Source: an uncultured Gemmatimonadales bacterium
GTDB taxonomy: Bacteria; Gemmatimonadota; Gemmatimonadetes; Gemmatimonadales; Gemmatimonadaceae
Assembly: GCA_963851265.1 (NCBI GenBank)
Contig: CAWKNZ010000003.1
Span: 64,001-128,000 of the forward strand
DNA length: 64,000 bases
Reading direction: 5' to 3'
A program made the translations under genes and the position numbers. Below, one piece after another: positions 1 through 9,712 of the stretch; position 1 is the stretch's first letter; each line of letters begins with the position of its first letter. Under the pieces are notes generated by a model. It made no database searches and was not told the origin of the DNA. It was given only the letters and a program-made list of their open reading frames with translations.

Positions 1-2054
1 TGCGTCTGATCGCCGGGGAGGCCGGAGCCCTGCTGCGCGGCGGAGAAGAGTTGCGTCGGCGCGCGCCCGCGGAACTCGCCGACGCCGCCGCGCACGAACA
101 GCGTCGGGCCGCCGCGGAAGAGCGACGGCGCCCCGGTCGCCGCCTGGCGCGCCTGCGCGGCCGCCTGCTTGGCGCTGTCGGGGAAGAACGTGTACGTGAA
201 GCCCACGCGCGGGCTCGCCCGCAGCTCGCTCGGGAAGCGGTCGGTGCGCAGCCCGAACGCGGAGTCGACCGGGTGGTTGTAGGCCGGCGCGCCCGAGTAC
301 GTCGTCCCTTCCACGCGCACGCCGTACGTGAGCTGGAAGTTGCGGCTCTGGCGCCAGGTGTCGCCGAGGTACGCGTTCAGGTTGAGCGCGCCGCCGCGCA
401 CGTCGGGCGCCTGGAGCGTGCGCTGAAAGAGGGCCGGCGTGTTGCCGAGGAAGTCGGCGAGCGTGTTGTACGTGTACGTGCCGTACGGGCTCGTCGCCGT
501 CTGCTGGGCGAAGCGGCTCGCGTTGAGCAGGCCGCCGAGCTTGATGCGGTGCTGGCCGTTGCCGGTGAGCAGCGACAGCTCGTCCGTGGCCTCGACGTAG
601 TTGGTCTGCCCCTCGTTGGGCAGGCCGGCGTTGGAGCCGAAGCCGAACGACGAGATGCCGGTCGTGCCGTCGGCGAGCGTGCTGGTCACCCGCACGCGGC
701 CGCCCGGGATCTCGACGTAGGGCTGGGCGTTGTTGCTCGCGCGGTTGACGTACACGCGCCCTTCGTTGAGCAGCGCGCCGCCGAGGACCTCGTTCGGGAA
801 GCGCGACGAGAGGGAGGCGAAGAGGCCGCCGCCGCGGTTGGTGCTCTGCCCGCCGTTGGTCGGCACGGCGAACGGCGAGATGCGCGTCGCGTCCTGCGTC
901 TGCGAGCGGAGGTCGCCGCGCAGCGTGAGCGTCTGCGACTCGGAGAGGTTGAAGTCGAACCGCGCGATGCCGGTGACCTGGTCGTTGACGCGCGTGCCGG
1001 GGATGCCCGCCTGGCTGACCGGGATGCCGCGCGTGTTCAGCGCGGAGAGGAACCGCGCCGCCGAGTCGCTGCTCGCGCCGAGCCCGGCGAGGGCGCGCGG
1101 GTCGGCGCCTAACAGCGAGGTGAGCGGGTCGGTGCGGCGGCTCCCCTGGAGCGCGAGGAAGTAGAACGCCTTGTTGGGCGCGAACGCGCCGCCCACGCCC
1201 GCCGAGAGCTGGTTGGACGTGTAGCCGGTGCCGTACGCGCCCGTGTAGTCGGGAGTGACCTGCAGCTGCGGCGCGCGCAGCGTGTAGGTGCCGCCCACGT
1301 ACAGGTTGTTGGTGCCCGAGCGCGTCGTGCTCGCCACCTGCCCGCCCGAGAACTGGCCGCGCGCGACGTCGAACGTGTTGGTGATGACGCGCGTCGCGCG
1401 CACCGCCTCCTGCGGGAAGCTCGCGCCGCCGAAGGTGATGCCGTCGAGGGTGACGTTGTTCTGCGACGCGCGCTGCCCGGCCACGTTGAAGCCGGCCTGC
1501 GTGGTGTCGTTCCCGCCCTGGGAGATCACGCCCGGGGTGATGGCGGCGAGCGCGTTGGGGTCGGTGGCGTCGACCGGCAGGCGGAGCGCCTGCTCGGTGG
1601 TGACGGTGCGCTCCGAGTTGCCCGGCTCCTGGCCGCGGCCGTTGTTGGTGGGCGCGCGGGCCGTGACGCGAACCGGGGCGAGCTGCGTGGTGCTCTGGGC
1701 GAGCGAGACGTTGGCGACGAGGCGGTCCTCGTCGCCCTCACGCTGCACGTTGAGCGTGCGCGGCTGCTGGCCGATCGCGCGCACCACGATCCGGTAACGG
1801 CCGCCGCCGTCGGGAAAGAGCACGGTGTACGTGCCCTTCTCGTTGGTCGACCGCGTGCGGCTCACGCCCGTCTCGAGTGACGTGACCGTGACCTGCGCGT
1901 TCGCCACCGGCTGACCCTGCGTGCCGACGACCTTGCCGGTGACGATGTCGGTCGTGCTGCCGACCTGCGCGGCGGCGACGGCGGGCAGGGCGGCGGCGGC
2001 CGCGACGGCGAGGGCCGCGACGATAGAGCCGCCGGGGCGAGGATGTCGGGACAT
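1..2054 (-). CDS. TonB-dependent receptor-like outer membrane protein with N-terminal carboxypeptidase-regulatory-like domain (3' end runs off the window)
   Basis: Manual translation from ATG at 2054: MSRHPRPGGSIVAALAVAAAAALPAVAAAQVGSTTDIVTGKVVGTQGQPVANAQVTVTSLETGVSRTRSTNEKGTYTVLFPDGGGRYRIVVRAIG (signal peptide + CarboxypepD_reg), then plug-like NVTLDGITFGG...FDVARGQFSGGQV. Absent from the ORF track because no stop lies in the window. Confidence 0.85.
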   Translation of the reverse strand, partial: MSRHPRPGGSIVAALAVAAAAALPAVAAAQVGSTTDIVTGKVVGTQGQPVANAQVTVTSLETGVSRTRSTNEKGTYTVLFPDGGGRYRIVVRAIGQQPRTLNVQREGDEDRLVANVSLAQSTTQLAPVRVTARAPTNNGRGQEPGNSERTVTTEQALRLPVDATDPNALAAITPGVISQGGNDTTQAGFNVAGQRASQNNVTLDGITFGGASFPQEAVRATRVITNTFDVARGQFSGGQVASTTRSGTNNLYVGGTYTLRAPQLQVTPDYTGAYGTGYTSNQLSAGVGGAFAPNKAFYFLALQGSRRTDPLTSLLGADPRALAGLGASSDSAARFLSALNTRGIPVSQAGIPGTRVNDQVTGIARFDFNLSESQTLTLRGDLRSQTQDATRISPFAVPTNGGQSTNRGGGLFASLSSRFPNEVLGGALLNEGRVYVNRASNNAQPYVEIPGGRVRVTSTLADGTTGISSFGFGSNAGLPNEGQTNYVEATDELSLLTGNGQHRIKLGGLLNASRFAQQTATSPYGTYTYNTLADFLGNTPALFQRTLQAPDVRGGALNLNAYLGDTWRQSRNFQLTYGVRVEGTTYSGAPAYNHPVDSAFGLRTDRFPSELRASPRVGFTYTFFPDSAKQAAAQARQAATGAPSLFRGGPTLFVRGGVGEFRGRAPTQLFSAAQQGSGLPGDQT

Positions 2055-2265
2055 GGCGTGAAAGCGGTGCAGAGCGGGGCGACGCGGCAGGACGAACCGC
2101 CGGACGCACGAGGGCCGACGGGCCGGTCGGCCCGGCGGTCTCCCGTCTGAACGCGCAGCCGGCGCGATTCGCTGCTTCCGGCGACGCCGCCGCACGTCGC
2201 GCCAGAGTGCGCCACGCGCCAGCGCGCCGCGTCCAGCCGCGGACCGAGCCCGGGTAGATTCCGGG

Positions 2266-3072
2266 ATGGCCGAATCGTTTGCAGACGACGCGCCCGCGCC
2301 GTCGGTTGTTCCCGGCGCGGAGCTGATGGTCGCGCGCGCGGTGGCGCGCCGCTCCGGGCGCCCGGTGTTCGCGGTCCGCGACGCGACCACGGGCAATCGC
2401 CGCCTCGCGGGCGAGCCGCCCGACGACGTGCGCGACCTCGCCTACCTCGTCGACCGGCGGGGTGGCGTGCGCTACGGTCCCGCCGGGCGGCCCGACGCGC
2501 CGGCGGCCGGCTCGTCGCTCATCCGCGAGGCCGCGCGGATCCCGGCGGCCGAGCTGGCGGTGGCGCGAGACGTCGCCCTCGCGGCCGGCGCGACGGTGTT
2601 CGTGGCCGACCCGCCGGTCTCCGCCCTCGGGGCACTCGACGACGAGGACGACGAGGACGAGACCGTGCTGCTGGCCGACCAGGGCGGCCCGGCGTTCCGC
2701 TTCGAGCCGCCGGCCGACGGCACGCTCCGCTACGCCGTGCGCCCGTGGGGCGAACTCCTGCTCGGCGACGACGCCCGGCGCGAGACGCCGCGCGCGGTGG
2801 ACGACGCGGGGTGGACGCCGCGCGTGAGCGCGGTGCTCCGCACGCTCCGGCGCTTCCGCGAGCGCGGCGCCGCCCTCGCCCCACTCGGCGTGGTGGACGC
2901 GCGCGCGTGGGGACGGGTGGAGCGGCTCGTGCCCGACGCGGAGCGCAAGGCACTGCGCCCGGGCGTCGTCGTGGGACGGCCCGGGCGCGAAGTTGCGGCC
3001 GCCATCGAGGCGGCCGCGGACCGCGAGGTCGCGCGGCTCCGGGCCGAGGCGCGGCGCCGGGTGCGAGACTAA
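2266..3072 (+). CDS. hypothetical protein
   Basis: 268-aa ORF with ATG start, high-GC codon pattern, fills the gap between neighbours; no recognisable motif. Confidence 0.65.
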   Translation: MAESFADDAPAPSVVPGAELMVARAVARRSGRPVFAVRDATTGNRRLAGEPPDDVRDLAYLVDRRGGVRYGPAGRPDAPAAGSSLIREAARIPAAELAVARDVALAAGATVFVADPPVSALGALDDEDDEDETVLLADQGGPAFRFEPPADGTLRYAVRPWGELLLGDDARRETPRAVDDAGWTPRVSAVLRTLRRFRERGAALAPLGVVDARAWGRVERLVPDAERKALRPGVVVGRPGREVAAAIEAAADREVARLRAEARRRVRD

Positions 3073-3113
3073 CCCGACGCGCGGCCCGCCCGGCGCGCGG
3101 CCGCGGCGGTCAG

Positions 3114-3527
3114 TTAGGCCATCGGCCCGGGCGCGCCCTCGCGCACCGCGATCTGCACCCCGGCCTTGGCCTCGCCGTCGATCTCGAGCATGAACGTGTA
3201 GCGCCCGAACTCGGGCAGCCCGAACATGTCGAAGATCATCGGCAGGTCGATCGCGATCGAGTCGATGCCGGCCGGCACCTGCGGCACGTTGATCTCGCCG
3301 CCCGGACGGGCGAGTTCCTGACCCTTGGGGTCCTTGATGACGACTTCGGCCTTGTACGTGCGGCCCGTCTCGTCGCCGGTGAGGAGCAGGCGCGCGGCGA
3401 ACGAGAGGCGCGGCAGCGTGACCGGCACCTGCACCGCCTGGATGTCGCTGAAGACGCCGATGAGCGACGGCTTGCCGTCGGCCCCGACGAGGACGTGGTC
3501 GCACACGGCGACGTATTGGACGTGCAT
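3114..3527 (-). CDS. DUF6941-like small beta-sandwich protein
   Basis: MHVQYVAVCDHVLVGADGKPSLIGVFSDI...LPEFGRYTFMLEIDG; the CD...GKxSLIGVF pattern is typical of this family. ATG at 3527. Confidence 0.75.
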   Translation of the reverse strand: MHVQYVAVCDHVLVGADGKPSLIGVFSDIQAVQVPVTLPRLSFAARLLLTGDETGRTYKAEVVIKDPKGQELARPGGEINVPQVPAGIDSIAIDLPMIFDMFGLPEFGRYTFMLEIDGEAKAGVQIAVREGAPGPMA

Positions 3528-3739
3528 CGAGTAGCGCGGATTGAGTGCGAGAAGAAGCCGGCGGTGCCGGACAACGGGCGGCAATCTAATACCGCACGCC
3601 CGGGTCGCCCGCCGCGGCGCCCGCGACTAACTTTCGGCGGATCTTCGGGTACACGCCTAGGTAGCACGACTGGTCGGAGCACCCGGGGCGGGTCCCCGCG
3701 GGGTCGGGGAGCGGGGATGGCCGACGACGGGAGGATGGC

Positions 3740-5143
3740 GTGGAGCTCGAAGCGAAGCTGGCGGTGCTGGCCGACGCCGCCAAGTACGACGCCTCGTGCG
3801 CGTCGAGCGGGTCGAAGGGGCGCCGCGCTGCCGCGGGCTCGGGCGGGGTGGGCACCACAGAGGGGATGGGCATCTGCCACAGCTACACGCCCGACGGGCG
3901 CTGCGTGTCGCTCCTCAAAATCCTGCTCACCAACTACTGCGTCTACGACTGCCTGTACTGCGTCAACCGCCGGTCGAGCGGCGTCGAGCGCGCGCGTTTC
4001 ACCCCCGCCGAGGTCGTCCGCCTCACGCTCGACTTCTACCGGCGCAACTACATCGAGGGGCTGTTCCTCTCGTCCGGGATCGCGCGGTCGCCCGACCACA
4101 CGATGGAGCAACTCGTCGAGGTCGCGCGCACGCTGCGCGTCGTGCACGACTTCCAGGGCTACATCCACCTCAAGACGATCCCGCACGCGAGCCCCGGGCT
4201 GATCGCCGAGGCCGGGCGCTGGGCCGACCGGCTGAGCATCAACGCCGAGCTGCCCACGCAGGGCGACCTCGCCGCCCTCGCCCCCGAGAAGGACCTCGGC
4301 GTGATCCGCGGCGCGATGACGGCCATCCGCGGGCGGATCGACGAGGCGCGGGCGGCGGGGCCGGGCGCGCGCGCACCGCGCGGCCCCGAGCTCGTCACGC
4401 TCCGGCGCGCGGCGGCGCAGCGGCCCAACGACGCGGCCTCCACGACGCGCGCGCCCGCGCTCTTCGCGCCCGCGGGGCAGAGCACCCAGCTCATCGTCGG
4501 CGCGACCGCATCGACCGACGCCACGATCCTCGCGACCGCGACGTCGCTCTACCAGACGCACCGCCTGCGGCGCGTCTACTACTCCGCGTTCAGCCCGATC
4601 CCCGACGCGCCCACCGCGCTGCCGAGCATGTCGCCGCCGCTCGTGCGCGAGCACCGGCTGTACCAGGCCGACTGGCTCGTCAGGTTCTACGGGTTCCGCG
4701 CCGCGGAGCTGACCACGGCCGCCGCACCCGATCTCGACCTCGCGCTCGATCCCAAGCTCGCGTGGGCGCTCCGCAACCGCGCCGACTTTCCGGTCGACGT
4801 CAACCGCGCGCCGAGGGCGGTCCTGCTGCGCGTTCCCGGCGTCGGCGCGCGGAGCGTGCAGCGCATCCTCGCCACGCGGCGGTGGCGGCGACTGCGCCTC
4901 GCCGACCTCGTGGCACTCAAGGTGGCGGTGAAGCGCGCGCTGCCGTTCGTCGTCACCGCCGACCACACCCCGCGGTTGCTCGACAGCGCCGACCTGCGCG
5001 AGCGGCTGCTCGCCGCACGTCCGCGCGCCGCGGCGGTGCAGACCGACCTGTTCGCCCAGCCGCCCGCCACGTTAGGCGCGGACGGCTGGGCGGCGGCCCG
5101 GGCCGGTGCGTCCGCGCGGTCGGTGCTCTTCGGCGAGCTGTGA
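3740..5143 (+). CDS. putative DNA modification/repair radical SAM protein (TIGR03916-like) with C-terminal HhH
   Basis: KLAVLADAAKYDASCASSG, GICHSYTPDGRCVSLLKILLTNYCVYDCLYCVNR (CxxxCxxC), REHRLYQADWL, LLRVPGVG. Confidence 0.95.
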   Translation: MELEAKLAVLADAAKYDASCASSGSKGRRAAAGSGGVGTTEGMGICHSYTPDGRCVSLLKILLTNYCVYDCLYCVNRRSSGVERARFTPAEVVRLTLDFYRRNYIEGLFLSSGIARSPDHTMEQLVEVARTLRVVHDFQGYIHLKTIPHASPGLIAEAGRWADRLSINAELPTQGDLAALAPEKDLGVIRGAMTAIRGRIDEARAAGPGARAPRGPELVTLRRAAAQRPNDAASTTRAPALFAPAGQSTQLIVGATASTDATILATATSLYQTHRLRRVYYSAFSPIPDAPTALPSMSPPLVREHRLYQADWLVRFYGFRAAELTTAAAPDLDLALDPKLAWALRNRADFPVDVNRAPRAVLLRVPGVGARSVQRILATRRWRRLRLADLVALKVAVKRALPFVVTADHTPRLLDSADLRERLLAARPRAAAVQTDLFAQPPATLGADGWAAARAGASARSVLFGEL

Positions 5144-5153
5144 GCGCGCGCTG

Positions 5154-6818
5154 ATGCCGGAAGCCGCGTTCGACGGAACGCTCGACGGCTGGCGCGCGGC
5201 CGCGCGGGCGGCGCTCGCGGCCGGGCTCGCGCCCGCGCAGGTCGTTTGGGCGCCCGCCGACGATCCGCAGGAAGGGCTCGCGCTCGACCCGCCACCGGCC
5301 CCGCCCGGGACGCCGCCGGCCGCGCGGCCGGACGCGTCGCCCGCCGCGCCTCCGAGCGTCCCGCGCCGGTTCCTCGCGCTCGCTGCGCTGGTGGCCTGCC
5401 ACCGCGACCCGGAGCGCTGGGCCACGCTGTACCGCGTGCTGTGGCGCCTGACGCGCGGCGGCGAGCCGCACCTGCTCGCGGTGGCGGTCGACGCCGACGT
5501 CTTGCACCTCACGCGCATGGCGAAGGCGATCCGGCGCGAGGTGCACAAGATGCACGCGTTCGTACGCTTCCGGCTCGTGCACGCGGCTGACGGCGCGGAG
5601 GAGTACGTCGCGTGGTTCGAGCCGGAGCACGACGTGGTCGAAGCGGCGGCCGCGCTGTTCGTCCGCCGGTTCGCCAACATGCGGTGGGCGGTGCTCACGC
5701 CGCGCACCTCGGTGCGGTGGGACGGGCGCGCGCTCGCGGTCGGCCCAGGGGTCCCGCGCCGCGACGCGCCGTCGGCCGACGCGCTCGAACGGCTGTGGGG
5801 CACGTACTACGCGCACATCTTCAACCCCGCGCGCGTGAAGCTGCACGCGATGCGCGCGGAGATGCCGAAGCGGTACTGGCGCAACCTGCCGGAGGCGCCG
5901 CTCATCGCGCCGATGGTGCGCGACGCCCCGTCGCGCGTGCGGCGGATGGTCGAGGCGGCCGCGGCGCCGCGGCGGGCGATGTTAGGCACGGCCGACGTGC
6001 GCCGGCCCGCCGCCGCGGCGGCGCCTGACGTCGCGCACGCGGGCCCGCCCGCCCCGGACCCGCTCGGCCGGGAGCCGGTCGACGCGGACGCCCCGGCGGC
6101 GATCGCGCCCGCGCGCGTCGGCACGTCGCTCGTCTACGCGGGCACGAGTGATTGGGAGCAGGACGACGCGCTCGGCCCGGCAGATGCCGCGGAACGGCTG
6201 CGCCGCTACGCGGCCCGATACCCGATGGCGGTCGCCGAGTCGACGCGCCGCCGCGTGTTCGCCCCAGCCCTGGCCGCACTCTGGGCAGCCCGCTCGCCTC
6301 GCGGGTTGCTCTTCGACGTCTACGGCCACGACGCCATGCTCGGCGCGGGCGTTCGGCCGCACCGGCTCCCGCGTGCGATCCGCGACCGCCTTCCGGCTTC
6401 GCTCGCGGGCGCCGAGCGCGTGGACGGCGAACTGGTGCCCGACGCGGTCCGCGATGCGATCTGGGAACGGTTCGAGGCGGCCGTCGCGGTGCTCGCGTCG
6501 CACCGCAAGTTGGGCGTGGTCCTCCTCCGCGTCCCCAGCGGATTCGGGCCGACCCGCGAGCACGCCGAGGCACTCCGCGCCGGACTCCGGCGCATCGCGC
6601 GGTGGGACGTGGCGGTCGAGTTCGAAGCCCGCGAGTGGGTGAGCGGAAAGCTGAAGGCGAGGACGGACGACCTGATCGCGCGGGAAGGCGCGGTGCGCGT
6701 TCGGGAGGAAGGAGAGCCGGTGGAACCCGGGCGACTCGCCGTGGTCCGGGGCGGATTCGTCGGGGAGGGGGCGGAGCGGGTGCACGTGATCGGGAGCGCG
6801 GAGCGCCGTAGCCGTTAG
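5154..6818 (+). CDS. TIGR03915/DUF4130-family DNA-repair protein fused to a degenerate DUF72-like domain
   Basis: N-half: HKMHAFVRFR, WFEPEHDVV, FVRRFANMRWAVLTP, YYAHIFNPARVK, EMPKRYWRNLPEA. C-half: YAGTSDW...ERLRRYA...WERF...KLGVVLLRVP...VAVEF (DUF72 pattern). Starts 10 nt after the radical SAM stop. Confidence 0.85.
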   Translation: MPEAAFDGTLDGWRAAARAALAAGLAPAQVVWAPADDPQEGLALDPPPAPPGTPPAARPDASPAAPPSVPRRFLALAALVACHRDPERWATLYRVLWRLTRGGEPHLLAVAVDADVLHLTRMAKAIRREVHKMHAFVRFRLVHAADGAEEYVAWFEPEHDVVEAAAALFVRRFANMRWAVLTPRTSVRWDGRALAVGPGVPRRDAPSADALERLWGTYYAHIFNPARVKLHAMRAEMPKRYWRNLPEAPLIAPMVRDAPSRVRRMVEAAAAPRRAMLGTADVRRPAAAAAPDVAHAGPPAPDPLGREPVDADAPAAIAPARVGTSLVYAGTSDWEQDDALGPADAAERLRRYAARYPMAVAESTRRRVFAPALAALWAARSPRGLLFDVYGHDAMLGAGVRPHRLPRAIRDRLPASLAGAERVDGELVPDAVRDAIWERFEAAVAVLASHRKLGVVLLRVPSGFGPTREHAEALRAGLRRIARWDVAVEFEAREWVSGKLKARTDDLIAREGAVRVREEGEPVEPGRLAVVRGGFVGEGAERVHVIGSAERRSR

Positions 6819-6888
6819 GCGCCTGCCGCGCCGCGACGACCGGCCCCGCGGTACGCGTTCCGATCGACGGCCGCGACGGCGAAGCGCC

Positions 6889-9657
6889 TCAGAATCTCGC
6901 GCCCGACGAGACGTCCACCCGCCACCCGCCCTGGCGTCCCAACCCCCTCGCCACCTCGCCTCTCACCAACCCGTCCAGAAAGACCGCCCCGCCTCCCACG
7001 CCTTTCAGCGTCTCACCGCGCGCGAACGCCCGGTCGGCCGCCCTCCCCACGTCGTAGAACACCACGGGCTTGAAGAGCGTCCCCCCGCCGAGGCCGAGCT
7101 CCGAGCGTGTGAACCAGAACTGCCGCCCGACGTAGCCCTGCCCCGTCGGTTGCGGGAAGTTGCCTCGCACCGTCTCCAGCCCGCCCAGGTAGAACAGGCG
7201 TTGGTCCGGGACTCGCCCGCCAGCAATTCCGCCAGCCGCGCCCGTGACGCTCGCCGTGATCGGCCCGAGCGGCCGCGAGAACGTGAGCTCGCCCAGCCCG
7301 CGGCCGTACGGCGCGGTGCGGATCCCCGGCTCGTCCGCCGCGTAACGGGCGAACGCTCCTTCGCCCCTCGCACGCACCACCACCCGGAAGCGCGTCGGGT
7401 CCGCACCGAAGGTGCGAGCGAGCTCGCCGCTCAGGCCGGCCGTCGCGACCCGGTTCGCGCCGATGTTGGGCGCGTAGTGCGGACCCACGATTCCCTTGTG
7501 CACGTTTTCGTTCGCCCCGCCCTGCTCCTCGGCGAACACGCGCCAGCCGAGCGCGGCGCCGTGGAAGATCGCGAACGGATTCCAGGCGCTCGCGGGCGTC
7601 GCGTCGGGGTTGGTGATCGCGTCGGCCGGTCGCGTGCCGCGCAGCTCCGCCCCCCAGCTGCGGTAGTAGAAGCCTTCGTCGCGCCCGTACAGCGCCGCCC
7701 CGAGCGAGGCGCTAAACCCGAGCGGGTTCCCCCAGTCGTCGTTCGCGACCGCGAGGCGGCGGTACGCGGCGAGTCGGACCGTCGTCGCGTTCTGCGCGCC
7801 CTGCGTGCGTGAGAGCCCGAGTTCGGCGTTCGGCACGAAGTCCGCGAATCCAAGCCGGAGCGTCGCGTCCGCGCCGTAGCCGGCGGGCAGCGTCGTCGAG
7901 CCGGCAACACCCACCGACAGACCCTCGATACGGTTGAACCGGACGAGGTCGAGCCCCGTCCGGACGCGCGGCGCGTGCCCCGGCCAGCTACCCGGCACCA
8001 CCCCGTCGAGCGAGGCGAGTAGGGCCGCGCGGTCGGCGGCCGCCATCGGTGTCTCGTCCGGATCGTAGGGCGACTTCGGCAGATCGGGCGACGACGCGAG
8101 CGTCGACGGGTCGCAGGGCCGCCGGATGTGGAGCAGCGGACCGCCCGGTCCCTGGCGCACCGTGCCCGCGTCGTACGCGGACGCGCCGCCCGAACACTGC
8201 TGTTCGCGCAGGGCGAGCGCCGCCGCCCGGCGTTGGACGCGGTCGCGCTCCGAGCGCAGCCGCCGCGAGCCCGCCGAGTCGCCACGCGCCGCGAGCGAGT
8301 CGGCGCGGCGCGTCAGGTCGACGCCCGCGCGGGCCCACAGGCGCAGGAGCGAATCGACCCCCGCACGCCGATCCGACGTGGACACCGACATGCGCACGTG
8401 TGCCTGACGCGCGTCGCCCCGCCGATCGTGAGACGACGACACGTCCAGCTCGGCGACCCCGCGGTCCACGCTGTCCTTGGGCGCGAGGGCGAGCGCGGAG
8501 TCGATGGCCGTGCGCAGCACCGCGGGCGGCGACGCCGCTGGCGTGGGCGCCGCAGCCGTGGCAGGTGGCGGCGGCGCGTCCGAGATCTTCACCGCATCGT
8601 ACCGATACCGTTCTTCCAGCGTGATCGGCATGCGGAAGAATCCGCTCCGCGCCTCGCCTTCCGCGACGCTTCGGCGCGGCAGCCACACGCGCCCCTCGAA
8701 CAACCCGTACTCGACCGTGATGGCCGAGAGCGTCGCGCGCACCGGCCCCGTCGCGAAGGTGAACCAGCGCGGCGGCTTGTCCTCCGCGATCGCGCGCTCC
8801 TGCTCCGCCCGCGTCCGCCGCCGGTCGGCGGCACCCGACGCGACCGTGTCGCGCGCGGCCGCCTGCCGCAGCGAGTCGATCCGGCGCCGCATGTCCGCGT
8901 CGGCAGCCGCCCACAGGTCGAAGTCGACGCTCATGCGGTAGACCGCGCGCACCACGTGGCCGCTCGCCGTGTCGAACCAGAACGAGCCGACGAACGCGCG
9001 CGGGCTCGGACGGCGCGGGGTCACGCGCAGCTCGCGGAGCACGATCGACCGTCCGTCAGGCAGGTGGATCGCGGACGACTCGCCGAGCGCGTAGCGGTAG
9101 TACGCCTCCGAGCCGTTGGCGAGCGGGTGGATGAAGCTGGTCGGGTCGACGTCGGCCTTCGCGACGCCGAACGCCGGCGACGGAAACCAGAGCGTCTCGC
9201 GCCCCGGGAAGTACGGGATCGGCGTGGCCTCGACGAGGTCGACGCGCGCGTGCGCCTCGCTCGCGACCGGCACCACCGCGCGGCTCCCGGTCTGCTCGAC
9301 CGTCACGCCGGCCGTGCGTGACCACGTGACGTGCGCCGCGCTTTCGGTGCGCAGCAGCAGCCGCTCGCGCGCGAACGCGCTCACGCCCAGCCCGACCGAG
9401 AAGCGCTGGTAGCTGCGCGCGTCGTACGACGCGAGGGCCGCGTCCTGGGAAAGCCGCGCCGCGCGGGCGTGGGCGAGCAACGCGCGCGCCCCATCGTCGC
9501 CGGCATCGGCCCGCACGGGCGCGATTCGCCCGGGGGACGACGGCGCGACCGTGTCGCGCGCGACGGTATCGCGCGCGGCAGCGGGCGCCTGCGCCACCGC
9601 GGCCGGCCGGACGGAATGCAGCAGCGCGGACGCGGCGGTCAGAGCGGGCAGGAGCAT
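6889..9657 (-). CDS. large secreted/outer-membrane protein with C-terminal beta-barrel-like region
   Basis: Signal-like start MLLPALTAASALL...AVAQA; C-terminal RFNRIEGLSVG, QRLFYLGGLETVRG and terminal Phe resemble Omp85/BamA-type barrel ends. Confidence 0.75.
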   Translation of the reverse strand: MLLPALTAASALLHSVRPAAVAQAPAAARDTVARDTVAPSSPGRIAPVRADAGDDGARALLAHARAARLSQDAALASYDARSYQRFSVGLGVSAFARERLLLRTESAAHVTWSRTAGVTVEQTGSRAVVPVASEAHARVDLVEATPIPYFPGRETLWFPSPAFGVAKADVDPTSFIHPLANGSEAYYRYALGESSAIHLPDGRSIVLRELRVTPRRPSPRAFVGSFWFDTASGHVVRAVYRMSVDFDLWAAADADMRRRIDSLRQAAARDTVASGAADRRRTRAEQERAIAEDKPPRWFTFATGPVRATLSAITVEYGLFEGRVWLPRRSVAEGEARSGFFRMPITLEERYRYDAVKISDAPPPPATAAAPTPAASPPAVLRTAIDSALALAPKDSVDRGVAELDVSSSHDRRGDARQAHVRMSVSTSDRRAGVDSLLRLWARAGVDLTRRADSLAARGDSAGSRRLRSERDRVQRRAAALALREQQCSGGASAYDAGTVRQGPGGPLLHIRRPCDPSTLASSPDLPKSPYDPDETPMAAADRAALLASLDGVVPGSWPGHAPRVRTGLDLVRFNRIEGLSVGVAGSTTLPAGYGADATLRLGFADFVPNAELGLSRTQGAQNATTVRLAAYRRLAVANDDWGNPLGFSASLGAALYGRDEGFYYRSWGAELRGTRPADAITNPDATPASAWNPFAIFHGAALGWRVFAEEQGGANENVHKGIVGPHYAPNIGANRVATAGLSGELARTFGADPTRFRVVVRARGEGAFARYAADEPGIRTAPYGRGLGELTFSRPLGPITASVTGAAGGIAGGRVPDQRLFYLGGLETVRGNFPQPTGQGYVGRQFWFTRSELGLGGGTLFKPVVFYDVGRAADRAFARGETLKGVGGGAVFLDGLVRGEVARGLGRQGGWRVDVSSGARF

Positions 9658-9712
9658 GCGGCGGGGCGACGGCGGTGAACGCGGTCGAGCAAGCGCCGCG
9701 GTTGACTGCGTC

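Noticed and set aside
51..1112. Long + strand ORFs here and many other long Arg/Ala/Pro-rich ORFs in the track (e.g. 19011-21668, 43838-45925, 60227-62677)
   Set aside because: Shadow ORFs caused by high GC; they overlap well-supported genes on the other strand or frame and lack motifs.
3067..3119. GACTAAC...GTTAGGC resembling an integron attC site
   Set aside because: Only 53 bp, the left end does not fit RYYYAAC, both ends are simply stop codons of convergent genes, and there is no integrase or cassette array; other motif copies are unpaired and inside CDSs.
3585..3740. SOS/LexA box upstream of the radical SAM repair operon
   Set aside because: The region is slightly AT-richer, but no convincing dyad or known LexA consensus could be identified.
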